A DNA stretch of 64,000 nucleotides from Ptychomitrium polyphyllum. Taxonomy: Eukaryota. The DNA is taken from NCBI GenBank assembly GCA_973851085.1, contig OZ316775.1:13578001-13642000 (forward strand), in the 5' to 3' direction. Below are positions 19,822 to 32,274 of this stretch, piece by piece (within the stretch, counting starts at the first letter, position 1; the number at the start of each line of letters is the position of its first letter). The notes below the pieces were generated by a model. That model worked only from the letters and a program-made list of their open reading frames with translations, ran no database searches and was not told the origin of the DNA. The position numbers and the translations under genes are program-made.

Positions 19822-20123
19822 CCTCTCCTTCCACTGAGCCCCTTTCTTGTCAAACCAATACAACTTAACCTTCCTGCAAACCAACAGCAAAAAGAAAGAC
19901 CATTTTCCAATTCACACAAAAACTACCAATCGCTCTACCACCAACAACATACATAAGAAACCTGAAACTTCGATACTCGCAGATGTTCGAAACAGAAACC
20001 GAAAAACCACCCTACAACTTGCATATCAATTAGCACATCCTAGTTCTCCTCGCTGGTGCTATTTGTGACCTCCTCCACTTCACCTTCCATTACTCCCACT
20101 TCCTTCTCACTGTCTCCAGCCAT
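19822..20123 (-). pseudogene. Ran-binding protein 1 (RanBP1) 5' gene fragment
   Basis: Exon 20023-20123 reads MAGDSEKEVGVMEGEVEEVTNSTSEEN*DVLID with an internal TAG. The intron starts GCAAGT and ends CAG. The exon from 19873 reads (M)KVKLYWFDKKGAQWKER, matching RanBP1 TGEEDE..DLKAKLYRFDK...QWKERG; similarity stops abruptly after WKER. Confidence 0.8.
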
Positions 20124-23100
20124 GGTACACCAATCTTTTCCTATAACCTCACAAGTGCGGCGTGAACTTTCCATACCGGAGTACTGTGTAGCCAATCTTC
20201 ACGCTGCTGCGATAACTGAGACACCATGGATGTTGAATCAATGCCAACATGACGCCCAAATGACACATTATGTTGATCCTAGAATGCCATCAAAACCTCA
20301 CTTGTGATTTTGATGCCATTTGAAATCAGTTCAGTTATTGGCGTTTTGATGCTACAATGACACTATGTACTCATAATGTCATTCTGACATTAAATCGTTT
20401 AAAACAACATCAAAACAATGTCATATTGATAGCAAGGTTGAAGGGTTGACCTTAATTAAACTTTTCGATATTAAAATAACTCTTATTGCTATCTGAATAC
20501 CTGTACTATTTTCAACCAAAATTAACGTTCTTGTAAAAGTTTGAAATGCACAAAAATTGAGTTGTGCACTTGTATACTTAAAATGGTTGTATCTGTCCCC
20601 ACACTTTAATTAACATCATCTAAGTCTAATTAAATCACTGAAAAAATACTTTCTTATGCTCAAAGTGAAAGATTTGTGCATAACAAATAGTGCATCAATG
20701 ACAATGGTATAATTCCACATATGAAACAATGGTTTCATGAATTTACAACAAAAAACTCTGCCATCTTTTCTGTACTCATGTTTCAAAGCGACGATGCAAC
20801 CTTAAGTAGATACTAGTTGTTAATTCTACTACAAGATAAATATTTAGTTTCAATTGCATTCTTGTAAAGTTACAATCTTACTAGTTTAATATTAATCAAT
20901 TAAACTAATGAATACAAGATGATAGATTTTATATTTTGATTAGAAAAATTTAAAGAAGATACAAAAAAGTTACTATTTATTTGAGGGTTTCAAAAGAATC
21001 ATTTTTCTTCCATTTCACAACTTTACAATGGCTATATCTAAACAACTTCTTTAAAACAACTTCTTTAGTTGAAACTTCACAACAATCTTGATCATCATCT
21101 TAGCATCTAAAGCTTTGTTTTGCAACACACATCCCAAAGATCTTTCAAGATTTTTCAAGATTATTTTAGAAAAGCACTAAAGTTCATCATCCACAAGCTA
21201 TGAAAATATACCAACAATTCTTAAAAAAATCTTGCCTAGTTTCAAAAAAAAAAAAAACCAAACCAAGCCAAACCAAGCCAAGCACAACATCATGAAGAAA
21301 AACTTATACTTCTATGCACCACCTTCAAAAGTTGCTTGACAACAGTGAGCACAGCAACAATGGACCCCTTTACCCATGAATCATAAATTGAACCTAATTG
21401 TAAGATGTAATAAATCACTACTTGTAAATTTGACAACTGAGCAAAAATCTCTTCATGGAGCTCCTGTGCCAGAATTTGGCAACTAGCTGGAGGGAGACGA
21501 GGAGTATAAAAAATGAGCATTTGGAGAGCAACCACAAAATTATCCTCGTTAATGGCAACAGAGGCCACAGAAGTGGACTTTCCGGCTTCTATTGTCGTGC
21601 ACAATCGTGTGCATGTCCATTACTGCCAAGTATCACCGTTGCAAGCATATCACCACATCCCCATTAAGAGCAAAACATTATTTGCGAATATGATCAAGAA
21701 AGTACAGAAATGAACTCAATTCCAAATTCTCTTGTGCATGTGGAGTCTGCCAGAGCATGAACAAAGAACTCCCAGAAGGTCCAAGAAAGGATGGTGACCT
21801 TGAGAAGTGACAACAGCTTACAACACTGCAACACCTCATCATCACCATGGCATCCACAAGGTGAGGAGTAGCACCTGCAGCAAATAAAAAGGTAATTTCT
21901 GTTGAAGCAATATCTTAATTCTATAAAACACAGAGGCTATGGACTGTTCTCTGTATTAAAAAGCTCCACAACAGTAGGTTGGTGGTTTTACAAGATTTGA
22001 GATTGTACTTAAACAAAAGATTCAATTCAAAGTACTTCATTTCATTTCAAAAATATTAAAAAATTTACACATAATATGCTATGCTACATTGAATGCACTC
22101 TACAGATACATATATAATTGATGATATTTTTATATTATAGCTTGATTGTTTTGAATGCTAAATATTCTTTGTATATATGTATTTTTGAAACACTCTAAAG
22201 TTGTTGGTTTAATGCAAGAAGAAAAATAAAAAATGAATAATCTTTTTGATCTTCAAGTGTAGTATCTTCATTTAAATTACTAAAAAAATGTGTGGACATA
22301 TGTTTTAACATATTCAATTGTACTAGTTGAAATATTATACTATTTGAAGTGAAAGAAAAGTTTTTATTGCACCTTTTAAGATAGGGTCATTAAAGTTTGG
22401 TTCTTTTTAGCATCAAGTTTTTGAATTGTATAAGTTCAAAAAACCTATCATTATAAATATACCAGTTTAGTTACTTGTGTACCAAATTCCAAATGTAATA
22501 GTAGGATAAAATTATTTCAAAAAGTCTTACAATGGATAAAAGTTCAAAATATTGACAATTCATTTTTATTTTTTTTGTAAATTCATTCTTTAATAAAATA
22601 ATTTAATCAAATTGTTGAAACAAATGATTGTTGTAGCTTCTTGAAGTAGAAGGGAAGAATAAAACAAAATAAAAATTTATATTTTATGTTTAAAAACTGA
22701 ATAGAAAATGCTACTGCTTTTACATTGTGCCAAACAAAGTTAATAAACTTTGATTCTTTTTGGAATAAAACTATTGTTTTATGAATGGTTGTTTGTTAGT
22801 ATTTTGAAAGTATCATACTAATTAATTGCATACCAAATCTTAGAAGTAAAAAGCCTTGTAGTAAAAATTTTGAGTTGCAAGTTGTTAAAAGAAATTATAT
22901 AGAAAAACATATCTTTTTTTTTCAATGTTCAATGAAGAAAAAAATTATATTTCTATAAAGCTATTACATTTCCACATCTTCACAAATTATTTTTAAAAAT
23001 TTAATTAAAAGTCAATATTGTCTAAATTTAACTAAATTTCAAAAGGTCTTATTTTGAGACATTGGTTTATAACAAATAAATACTCTCATGGATGAATTTA

Positions 23101-24719
23101 AATACTAAAGCTATATTATTTTTTATTAGAATTTGATAATATTTTACTAAACATGTGGATTCAAAATTACTTGTAGAATATGGTTTTTTAAAAATATTAC
23201 AGGACAAAGAACTTTGATTGTTTTAATTTTTTTTTATATAATATGTTTTATTTCATGATAAAATAAAATAATAACATGCTGAAACTAAATCATTTTCAAT
23301 GATATGAATGAACATCCTTCAAAAATCCATTAAACAATTTTGATATATATTAATAAATGATGATTTATTATAATTTAAATTTGTAATTTGTGTAGCTCAA
23401 AGAACATATACATTAATGAAGCTTTTTATGAGATAAATAGTTATATTTGTAATGAGGAATTACAAGTTTTACAAATAATAATTGTGACTCAGATGGCTTC
23501 TAGTTCAATTTTAAGAATACTTTTGTAGCTAATAAACAGTCCATGTCAAATTTATGGTTGCAAAGTGTAAATTTCAATTATATAAAGAATTAAAATAAAA
23601 GTTTATGAAAATTTGTTGTATGAAATGCGATTGTTGTTTATCTTGATTTCTAAACAGAGGTTGAATTTTTTTAATCTTTATCTATATTTGTAAAATATTA
23701 TATAAAAAAATGATATTATCTTCATATTTTTATTTTAGTTTCAATGTACAGCTTTCTTCAAATATTGCCCATCAATACATTTAACATAAACTTTCAAAAA
23801 AACACAGAATATTTCCATTAAGTCCTATTACTTTCATATAGCAATTTACAAATTGAAGATTTTTCAAAGATATTTGATAATTGCATATGTAATGTGGAAG
23901 TAGTATTTTAAATGAAAATTAAGAGCTTTTAAAATTTAGCATCATTTCAATATTTAGTATGATATCAGATTAAAATTGTTGTCTTGTATCCTTGGTTTCA
24001 TCTGACAATGTCGAAACTTGAATTTGAAATCAATTCTAGTATCCAATATAAATATCTTAATGTTATTATATATTATTTTAAGAATATTTACTATCAAAGT
24101 ATTATTATATGTTATTATATATTATATATTTTTTATTTCTTTATTATTTTTATTGAGAAAATTTTAGCTAAACGTTGAGAATCTAAAAAGTAGTAGTAAA
24201 AAGTCATTGGACTATTACGGCTCACAGTTGACTTAGATCCTAAATTACCACTGATGTAATAAAAAAATGTAAATAGGTACGTCTACACATTCCTGTCCTA
24301 TGGTAACTTACATTAATTGGAAGGCGGATTGAACATCATGGTGTTGACATTTTAATTTCATTTGAAAATATAGCTTCAACTTAAGGCACAAACGAGATCT
24401 CCAAATGTTTAATTCATTTCAATTTTCAAGTCAACGTCCACTGTGAAATATGATTTGATTTTAGATTATTTTGTAAATTTATCCCAATCTATCTGGAGCT
24501 CCTTTTTATAATTAGTTTCCACCAAACCTGGCCCTCCTGCTGTGGTCATTGGAGTGGATGTTTTCCAAATGCTTTTGTGATGCTTGCAAAAACTGACACA
24601 GGAAGAGATGATGAAGTGGATTGCATTGTGGGGTCAATCAGTGAAGTATTTCAGATTCAAGAATCATCTTTGTCATTCCCAAGGAGATGACCTTGTCTTA
24701 ACCATTTCTTCACAATCCA

Positions 24720-25480
24720 CCGCCCTTTGTTGAGTCTCCCAACTCAGTCATTATTTTTACATCAATGCTTTGGAATGCAAGAATTTGTCAAATTGAGAAC
24801 AATCTGGAATCTCCCAACTCAATCACTATTCTTATGTCAATTTGGAATCACTATTCTTATGTCAATTTGGAATCACTATTCTTATGTCAATTTGGAATCA
24901 CTATTCTTATGTCAATTTGGAATCACTATTCTTATGTCAATTTGGAATCACTATTCTTATGTCAATTTGGAATCACTATTCTTATGTCAATTTGGAATCA
25001 CTATTCTTATGTCAATTTGTCCATTGTAATTTCTGCTGTGCTCAAGAGAATTGCCTTGAGCACATAGTGGCATGGTGGAAGTCATTCTTATCTGGAATAG
25101 AAGATTGCACATCATGCTCTACAGAGAACACGTCAAAAAGCAATTGTGAAAGTGTCAACAAAGGTGCCAGAGAGACATCTTCTCCTAGGGTGGGTTACAA
25201 AATAAAAGCCACTTATTAGGCATAGCCATACAAAGGATGACAAAGCTTACGTACAAGTGTCTTGGAGCAGGAGTTCGCACCGTTGGGTCAGCTACCCTCA
25301 TGAGAGAGAGTCTGAGGTCCCGATGATAAACCACATTGACTTGTCTGAGGGCTGGGCCACTCAAGGTGCCACATTGACAAGTTGAGAAGGTCCAAGTTGG
25401 AGGAACTGAGAGCCCAAGGTAGAGAGAATGGATGCAAACTGGAGTCCAGCCTTCCTAAACCTTTAACAATAAAATCATCC
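24720..25480 (+). pseudogene. Possible degenerate leucine-rich-repeat gene relic hosting the minisatellite
   Basis: Fragments spread across frames (PNSVII, NLESPNSITILMS, RELP*, LEELR..GCKLESSLPK) resemble the plant LRR consensus LxxLP.SIxxL; heavily frameshifted. Confidence 0.35.
24821..25019. repeat. Minisatellite: 25-bp unit AATCACTATTCTTATGTCAATTTGG x8
   Basis: Eight consecutive copies, identical except the last base of the final unit. Confidence 0.97.
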
Positions 25481-27070
25481 CCTAATTCATGATTCTGGGG
25501 ATGTGTGGATTCCACTGCATGGTGTCAAGTTGCATGATTCCCATGGCTTCAGAGGGCCAATTGTATACTCATTCTCATCCTTCAGGCATGCATGACTGAG
25601 CCTTGAATAAGACCACATTCTCCCGCAATGCTCTCCAAAGTGAACTGGCTTTCGTACTACATGTGTTGACAGTTCACGTTACCATCTCAAGGATGAACTA
25701 AGTTGGTTTCTCAAAGCTGAGCCTGAATTTACGACTATGGATGGACCAGTGGGCCAGGGCACTCTGCAATGGATTATTGCAACTTTGGGCTCATGCACAT
25801 ACATCCAAAGCAGGCTTGAGGCGGAGGGTCTCTACCAGGGCATTCAAGACAAGAACTTACTAGTCATGAAGCACTATGCTGCCCATGTTTGCATACAATA
25901 CAATATGTGGAGATTGTCATTGTAATCTCTGCATTGCATGGCAGATAAGAAGGGCAGATTCGTTTTGTAAAGGTCAAATACATTGTTAGATTCAGTAGTG
26001 TACTGTGACAAATGATGCAGTTTATCCATATTTGTGAAGGAAAATGAGAAACAAATATGCATCTGTGCATAATAGACCCATAGACATCCTTGTTGGAGGT
26101 TCCAAATTCTAACTTTTGGAGGATAGGGAGATGTCAGTAGTAGCAATTGGGTGTCAAAATGGAAAGGAGATGATTGTTATTTTAGATAAAGAGACAAGCA
26201 GATGAGAAAATTATTGCAATTTGTGTGTAGTAATTGGTCAGTTACTTGCCTAAATTTGTTGATTATTGAATTTAGATGTAATACAAATACTTAATTTAAG
26301 ACTTTTAGATGTATATTTTAATACATTCAAATCTCTTAACTTGTAGTGAAAGAGAATAAACCTATTATAAAATTGAAGCAAAGCTACTACAAACTTGGTC
26401 TACAGTCTTTGAGCGCACTGTTCATGTTAATGTCATATGACATTTTCACAAATAGGACATTTTTACCTTATACCTACCCCTTCTCTCTCTTCTGCTAATT
26501 TTTATGTTATGTGGGGCAATCTGTATTGTGAGCCAATCTACATGCTTTAGTTGAACAAAGGGCTTACAAAGGAAGGCTGCTGCCACGTACCTTCTACAAC
26601 TTACCAGTATCCCTGATCAAAGTACTAATGCTCTTTTTTTGCATTCACACTAGACATTGTTTCTGCTATACAGAAGAGTTGTTGCTCAGCCCTGTGAATC
26701 AATGGAAAAAAAATATTTCTATAAATTTTCTGTGAAATGACATGACTTTGCTGCTTCAATCCCATGTGGATTGGATCATTCTAAAGTGACTTTAGACCAA
26801 AAAACTTGCAACTGTCCATTGCCTACCTTATATGCATAGAAGAAATACAGTAGCTCAGGACATGAAGAGGGTAGTTAGCCCCAACATTTGGTGAGTCCTG
26901 CAACATCCCTGATTAATTTCTTCCAACAAGATTTCATTGCAAAAGCAAAACTCAAAAGTAGTGTCCATGAAGCAAAGGACATAATCTGCCAAGTTCTGCT
27001 TTTTAATTATCAATGACATAGGAGACAAATCATTTACCTTAACATAGTTCATTGTCTTTGAAAATATGGG

Positions 27071-28316
27071 TATAGTCTAACCTTACTAATACAACACTCA
27101 ATAATACAACAACCTCAACAATAGGACACATTTTTTGTGCAACTAATTTACCTAGTTCAAAACTCCCCTATAATACAACTATGACATATTGTAATACAAC
27201 AATTGAAACCCTCCCTTTATCATATAACACAGGAAATTGCTACTTAATGTGGATGAGTTTCATCTAAATGATTAATATTTGAAAGAAATATAGTGTTTAA
27301 TTCATTTATAATTGAAAACCTTACAAGAACTCTCAAAAACTTCAAAAACAACATATTCATTATAATGGAAAGTTCTAAAGTCCCAAAATAATCTCAAAGA
27401 TGAAATAGATTTAAAAGAAGTCAAATTTGTCAAAGATAATTGTCATGTTTTTAAAGTTGTATAGCAAGTTTTTTGCCTATAAATAAGCTTCATTAGCCAA
27501 AAGCAACTAAATTTCCAGTTAAATGATTTATGAGACTTTGTAGAATGGATGTTGTCATAGTATGCAAATTCATTCCATCATGATTTGAGATATGCCAAAT
27601 CATGGACTTCCAAATTATTTGTAATTGCTAAAGAATGTTTAGGATATTGTCTAGCATTTTGCATCAAATGATGAAAAGAGAAATACAAATTGAAAAAAGA
27701 ATTAATTGAACTTGAATCTTTGATTAAAAAACTTCATTTTGAAAATAATCAAATTTCAATGGAAGAGTATAATAGCATAAAAAGAAATAATGTTTTAGAA
27801 CATGACATAAGTATAAGTGAACTGGAACAAATGGCTTTGAGTATTGATCCATGTGTGGAACTTAATTTAATATTGATTTGAATGATTTAGGTGATGCGGA
27901 TGAATAACCTCTTCCAATTATTATAGATGCAAAGCATTATGGAGCTATATTGTCTTATTTCATTATGGAAAATTCTATTTATTTTAGTGTGTCAAATGTC
28001 ATTAATATTTAGAAGACAATTAGAAAGCTTAACAAAACTTAGTATTGCAAATCTCAATGGACAGTAATATACAACTTTAGACTCTTTTTCCAAATCTTCT
28101 TGATTGTAAATATTCTTATACATATATTTAAAAAATGTATTTTCGATTTTATAATCATTGTGATGTATTTTCATACTTATTTTGGTCAAAATTTAAAACC
28201 ACTATAAGGCAACACCAAATGCCCTAAACGTCATATAATCAAGAATGCAACATTTTAATTATATGACAATTTTTTTGTTTCCCAAACCTGTCATATTAAA
28301 AAGGGACAACAGTGTG
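27071..28316 (+). mobile_element. Degenerate pogo/Tigger-like (Tc1-mariner superfamily) DNA transposon
   Basis: Left end TATAGTCTAACCTT followed by repeated AATACAAC units. Internal acidic C-terminal transposase-like fragments (ELIELESLIKKL..ISMEEY..ISISELEQMAL; DADE*PLPII) end in TTLDSF, like the pogo Q.TLDSFF tail. A second partial copy lies at about 14.6 kb. The right boundary is approximate. Confidence 0.5.
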
Positions 28317-28756
28317 ATATATGATACTTGATCACAACCAAAGTGTAAGTTAACCACTGTCATCCTTAAGGGGAGGTACGTGAGGGGGCTGAGCATGTTC
28401 CAAGTACGTCCAAAGCAAACATAGCGAAGTCCCAATTTTGATGTAGTTAAGGAATTACTTAGAGGCTGTTTTGCATCCTTATGGTACAAAGGAATCAGTA
28501 CGACACCTTGGCTTTAATCGTAGGCTGGCAAACCTTTTGGATAGGACTCTGATGGAGCAAAAGTGCTCTTCTGTTGTTCTAACCAATAAGAGGACCGTGC
28601 AGTCGGACGGCCAAACCAACAAACTTTTTACCCTGCATGTGAAAAAGTGAGAAAAGGCAGCCCCCGAGAGAGAAAATTGAATATGCCATCACACCAGAGA
28701 AAGGGGCTTGGAATGGGAGCCACCCAAGACTCAGTCGAAGTGTTGGGTGTCCCCTG

Positions 28757-28802
28757 CATGCTCATGCTTATGCTCATGCTCATGCTCATGCCCATATATA
28801 CA
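28757..28802 (+). promoter_or_regulatory. Putative pri-MIR1212 core promoter: six CATGCT-type hexamers followed by a TATA box
   Basis: catgct catgct tatgct catgct catgct catgcc, then TATATACA (28795-28802) and a CT-rich leader. No long ORF follows; the miRNA hairpin lies about 700 bp downstream on the same strand. Confidence 0.55.
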
Positions 28803-29487
28803 AGAGCCCGACACTCTCTCCTTCAGACCCAACCCTCCCAGAGTTCAGCTCCTTGTCTGAGCTCTCTCCTCACCCATCTCCGTGGAGGCTTGAATCTAGA
28901 GTACCATGCTTGCATCCACTTGCATCTATTTGCATCGCTGGAGTTGGTTTTACTAGTTTGGATTCAAAGTATTCAAGGTAGCTTTGTTTCTGGTACGGTA
29001 CTACTAGCCAAATTCAGGAGTTAGCAGCACTACGGTTTTATTTTCCTTTGGAGACCTTGAAGCAATTATACCAATTCATTTCTGTGACTAGTTACAAAGG
29101 TCGTTCATTTACAAGGTTTTCTGCGCCAAGTTGGCTCATGGAAGTCCTCGGAATTGATCAAAGTTGTAGCGTGATCAACTACAGGATCGTATAAGGCTCT
29201 GCTTTGTGAGGTTGGCCTGTTTGGTACTCTGGAGTTGATGTAGCAAAGTGGAGGGTATCATTCTTTTCAGTTTGTTAGAAAAGTAACTAGAAGTCGATCC
29301 GCTTCCCACTGGTGCAGCCTTTGATGAGAACTGTATCACCTTAATTTTATGAGATACCTGGGTTAATCTTGGTAACCCAGTGTCGCTTGAGTTATACTTG
29401 AGCTGAAGCCCGGCTCTGCAGTTTTTAATTTGGAGAGTCCATCTGGGACGGTCGGCAATCAGCTGCAACTTGGAGGATGAGCGGATA

Positions 29488-29581
29488 CAATATATGAGGT
29501 GTTGCATCCTCTGCTGTACCCACATGCGTTGAACTCAAAACCGCACGTGGGACAGCATAGAATGCGAGTCCTCGTATGTTG
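29488..29581 (+). ncRNA. MIR1212: MIR1212 precursor hairpin; mature miRNA 29546-29566, predicted star 29505-29526
   Basis: CGTGGGACAGCATAGAATGCG (29546-29566) matches my recollection of ppt-miR1212. It pairs with the 5' arm TGCATCCTCTGCTGTACCCACATGCG (3 mismatches, 1 bulge). The basal stem CAATATATGAGG/CCTCGTATGTTG is fully paired including G:U. Confidence 0.9.
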
Positions 29582-31284
29582 AAAAGTATATTCTACCAAT
29601 TCTAGCCAGCCTCTTCAGGATAGAGGAGAAGCAAGGAAAGATGGAGTCATGAACATCCTCTCCATCGGTCTACATGCCAGTGTCAAGTATCAAGTATTAG
29701 TGGATGCATGGTGATTCATGTTTGGAATTAACCTGTGAATTAACCAAGCTGAGGAGTAACCTGTGCAATAGTACCGTAGCAATGCACTGTGGAGGAATTG
29801 AGGGCAATATGCCGTCGTGTGAAGAGGGGAATTACTTTTGTCGGTTTCCGAAGAAGCTGAGAACTGCAAGCTGAATGACAAATATAGACTGAAGCAGGTA
29901 GCAAGATTTTGCTCCTGTGACCTTAGAAAGCACAAGGGACTGCAGAGAGTGCGAGTACTCCTAGATTGGAGGTATTGTGAATAGCTACAGGATGGAAGAA
30001 ATTTATAAGCGTTCTAGCCTCGATTGATCTGCTCATGGCCTTGTGGTAAGAAGTGAAGATTCTTTAATTCGACCCTGACAATATTTTTGTAGATTTGGGT
30101 GTCACAGGTTTCGAAAGGAAGATAAGCTACTAAAATTCATGTGCACTCGAGGAGATCCAAAAGGTCGGGAGTGATAGGAGGGTATCTAAAAAGAGCAGAC
30201 ATATCCAAGTCAGATTTCGCGCCCTTCTTTGATACCACCTACCTTACCGTCTGCTATGAGAATCTACATGAAAGCTATGGAATCATGGATCAGGGGTCTG
30301 AAAGGAAAGACTTATTCTTTTATTTGCGCTGGGTTGCTAAAGAGACTGGAGGATTTCTATAAGAGCTAACTTAGTTCATTTAACAGGAGGACGAGTTCCG
30401 TGGAAAAGGTTTTCGTGTTCATATGTAATGGAGAGAGCAACTCCAGTCTTGCACGGTGCACCAGCTCGTAAGCACAACATGGATATAGGTCAATGAGCAA
30501 GCGTGACGGGACTGCATCCTTTGGGAAATGTAACGCTCGGTCTTGAGGAAATTTTCGGCAGCTTTCAATCAGCTGTCTATCAACAACAAAAAAACAAGTT
30601 TATTACCAGAAGCTGGCACTTTCTTGTAAAACCCAAGACTACCTTTGCGATCCCTGAGTGAAGAAGAAATTGAGTCATAGCTGCTTCAATTTTTGGAATT
30701 TGTATCACAGATGAGAATTGATTGCAAGTCCCACAACCTTCAATTCACATTTGAAACACCACTCCGCAAGCACGAACTTTCCAGGAAAATATTTCATGCG
30801 TCATTTACTATCCTCCGCATCATTTAGTGCAAGACAGATGTGAAGGCCAAAGAACTCACTTCTCAGTATCATGAATACACAGCACACGCCATAATCAGAA
30901 GATGCAAATGAACTAAGAATTATATTCACAACTCAAATATCACAAGGCTACTCATTCAAAGAGCCTGCAGCACAGTGCCTGAAGCCACAAATGCTCCTTC
31001 GAGCTATCAAGCCTACACTGAAAATCTGTATGCCTAATACAATTATTTCTTTGGCGTAGGCAGAATTTAAACAAGATGCTGCCAAAAGATTATAGCATGC
31101 ATGACAAGATGCTTACTGAGTACAATATACTTAGCACAGAGCCAACTGAACTGAAACATGGTAGCACACGAAGCATCACAGAGCATACCTGTTTGGGTTG
31201 GATAACCTCCCTGTACAACTTGTCCTTCTCCTTCTCATCCATGTTGTAAACTGCTAGTACAATAGTAAGCGAGACATTGATCTG

Positions 31285-32274
31285 CTACACAAATATAAGA
31301 TACGGCCAAAAATCTCCAAAAACAGATGCAGGTCCTTCCAATGTGCATGTGGTGCATGATCGTGTTTCCAGATCAGGAACGATAGCATCGATTGTCATGG
31401 GATCGACAGGGCACATCCTCAATTCCTCCAAGAAAATGTCAACGCAAGCCTTGTTCAATTCATCTTTAATCTTGTCAACACCATCATTAACGATCCTGAA
31501 AATCTGCTCATCATCAAGTACGGGTACCATCATGTCCAACAGCATTTGGTGAGGTGAGCCATTCCGAACAACTACTGTCTGCATAGGTATGTCGCTCCAA
31601 TCCCAAACAGAAGCAAATCCCAGGACGGCTTTGGATTCACGCATTAATGTCACAGGATCAGTAGGGCATGTTTCCGATTCCTCCAAAAATATCTCGATCC
31701 AAGCTATGCTCAATTCCGATGAAACCTTAATTTCAGGATTTAAAATTGACGATGGGGTCAACATAATTTCACCATCACACGGCACGTCCGTCGCCACTGT
31801 AGGTTGAGAGGTAACTAGTAGGTGCTTGTTATGAAACTTCTTAATCGCAACCGTGATGTCCTTCCTCGCTTTCTTGCAGAACTTCTTAGGCGGAGGAGAT
31901 GTCTCTCCACTCCACTTTTCCCTCGGCTGCTTCAAACATTGGGCAATGCGTCTCTTATACTGGTCAAGGCGAACTTTCACCTCTTCCATGATCTCGAAGA
32001 TGTCATGCGAATCCTCGAATTGGTATTTCGATGGGTGATCATGAGGATCAAACGACATTCTCAGCTGTTGCAGCCCTCAAAAAGCCTCCATAGTCACGAG
32101 CTACTATGGCTTCGGGCACAGTTTCATACGACCCGAAGTCAAGATCAAGACGGGTGGATACATTTCTACCGGGAATTTCTTCCTGTCCTTTCTCCATGTA
32201 ATCCTAATCCGCCCTTCCCACCATCTCTTCCTCTTCCTCGACGCTACCTCACTTTGCCTCGAACAAGACGCCAT
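31285..32274 (-). pseudogene. Disrupted paralog of the divergent AP2-domain gene (copy A)
   Basis: MASCSRQ...RKRKRWWEGRIRITWRKDRKKFPVEMYP, then a frameshift. LDFGSYETVPEAIVARDYGGFLRA is in another frame, and a second shift returns to the 257-aa ORF 31285-32058, which aligns with the copy B C-terminus. Confidence 0.75.

Noticed and set aside
21290..21880. Exon-like segment with short ORFs on both strands
   Set aside because: No recognisable family and stops in all frames.
24821..25019. CRISPR-like appearance of the 25-bp array and its three repetitive ORFs
   Set aside because: Units are contiguous with no spacers, the context is eukaryotic and there are no cas genes; the ORFs arise because the unit has no stop codon in any plus frame.
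28811..28831. ACACTCTCTCC resembling the start of miR1023-5p
   Set aside because: Only about 11 nt match and there is no complementary arm; it is a CT-rich leader.
29196..29253. Possible second hairpin (CTCTGCTTTG...CAAAGTGGAG) suggesting a polycistronic miRNA
   Set aside because: Only 10 bp pair well; the inner region is mostly mismatches and G:U pairs.
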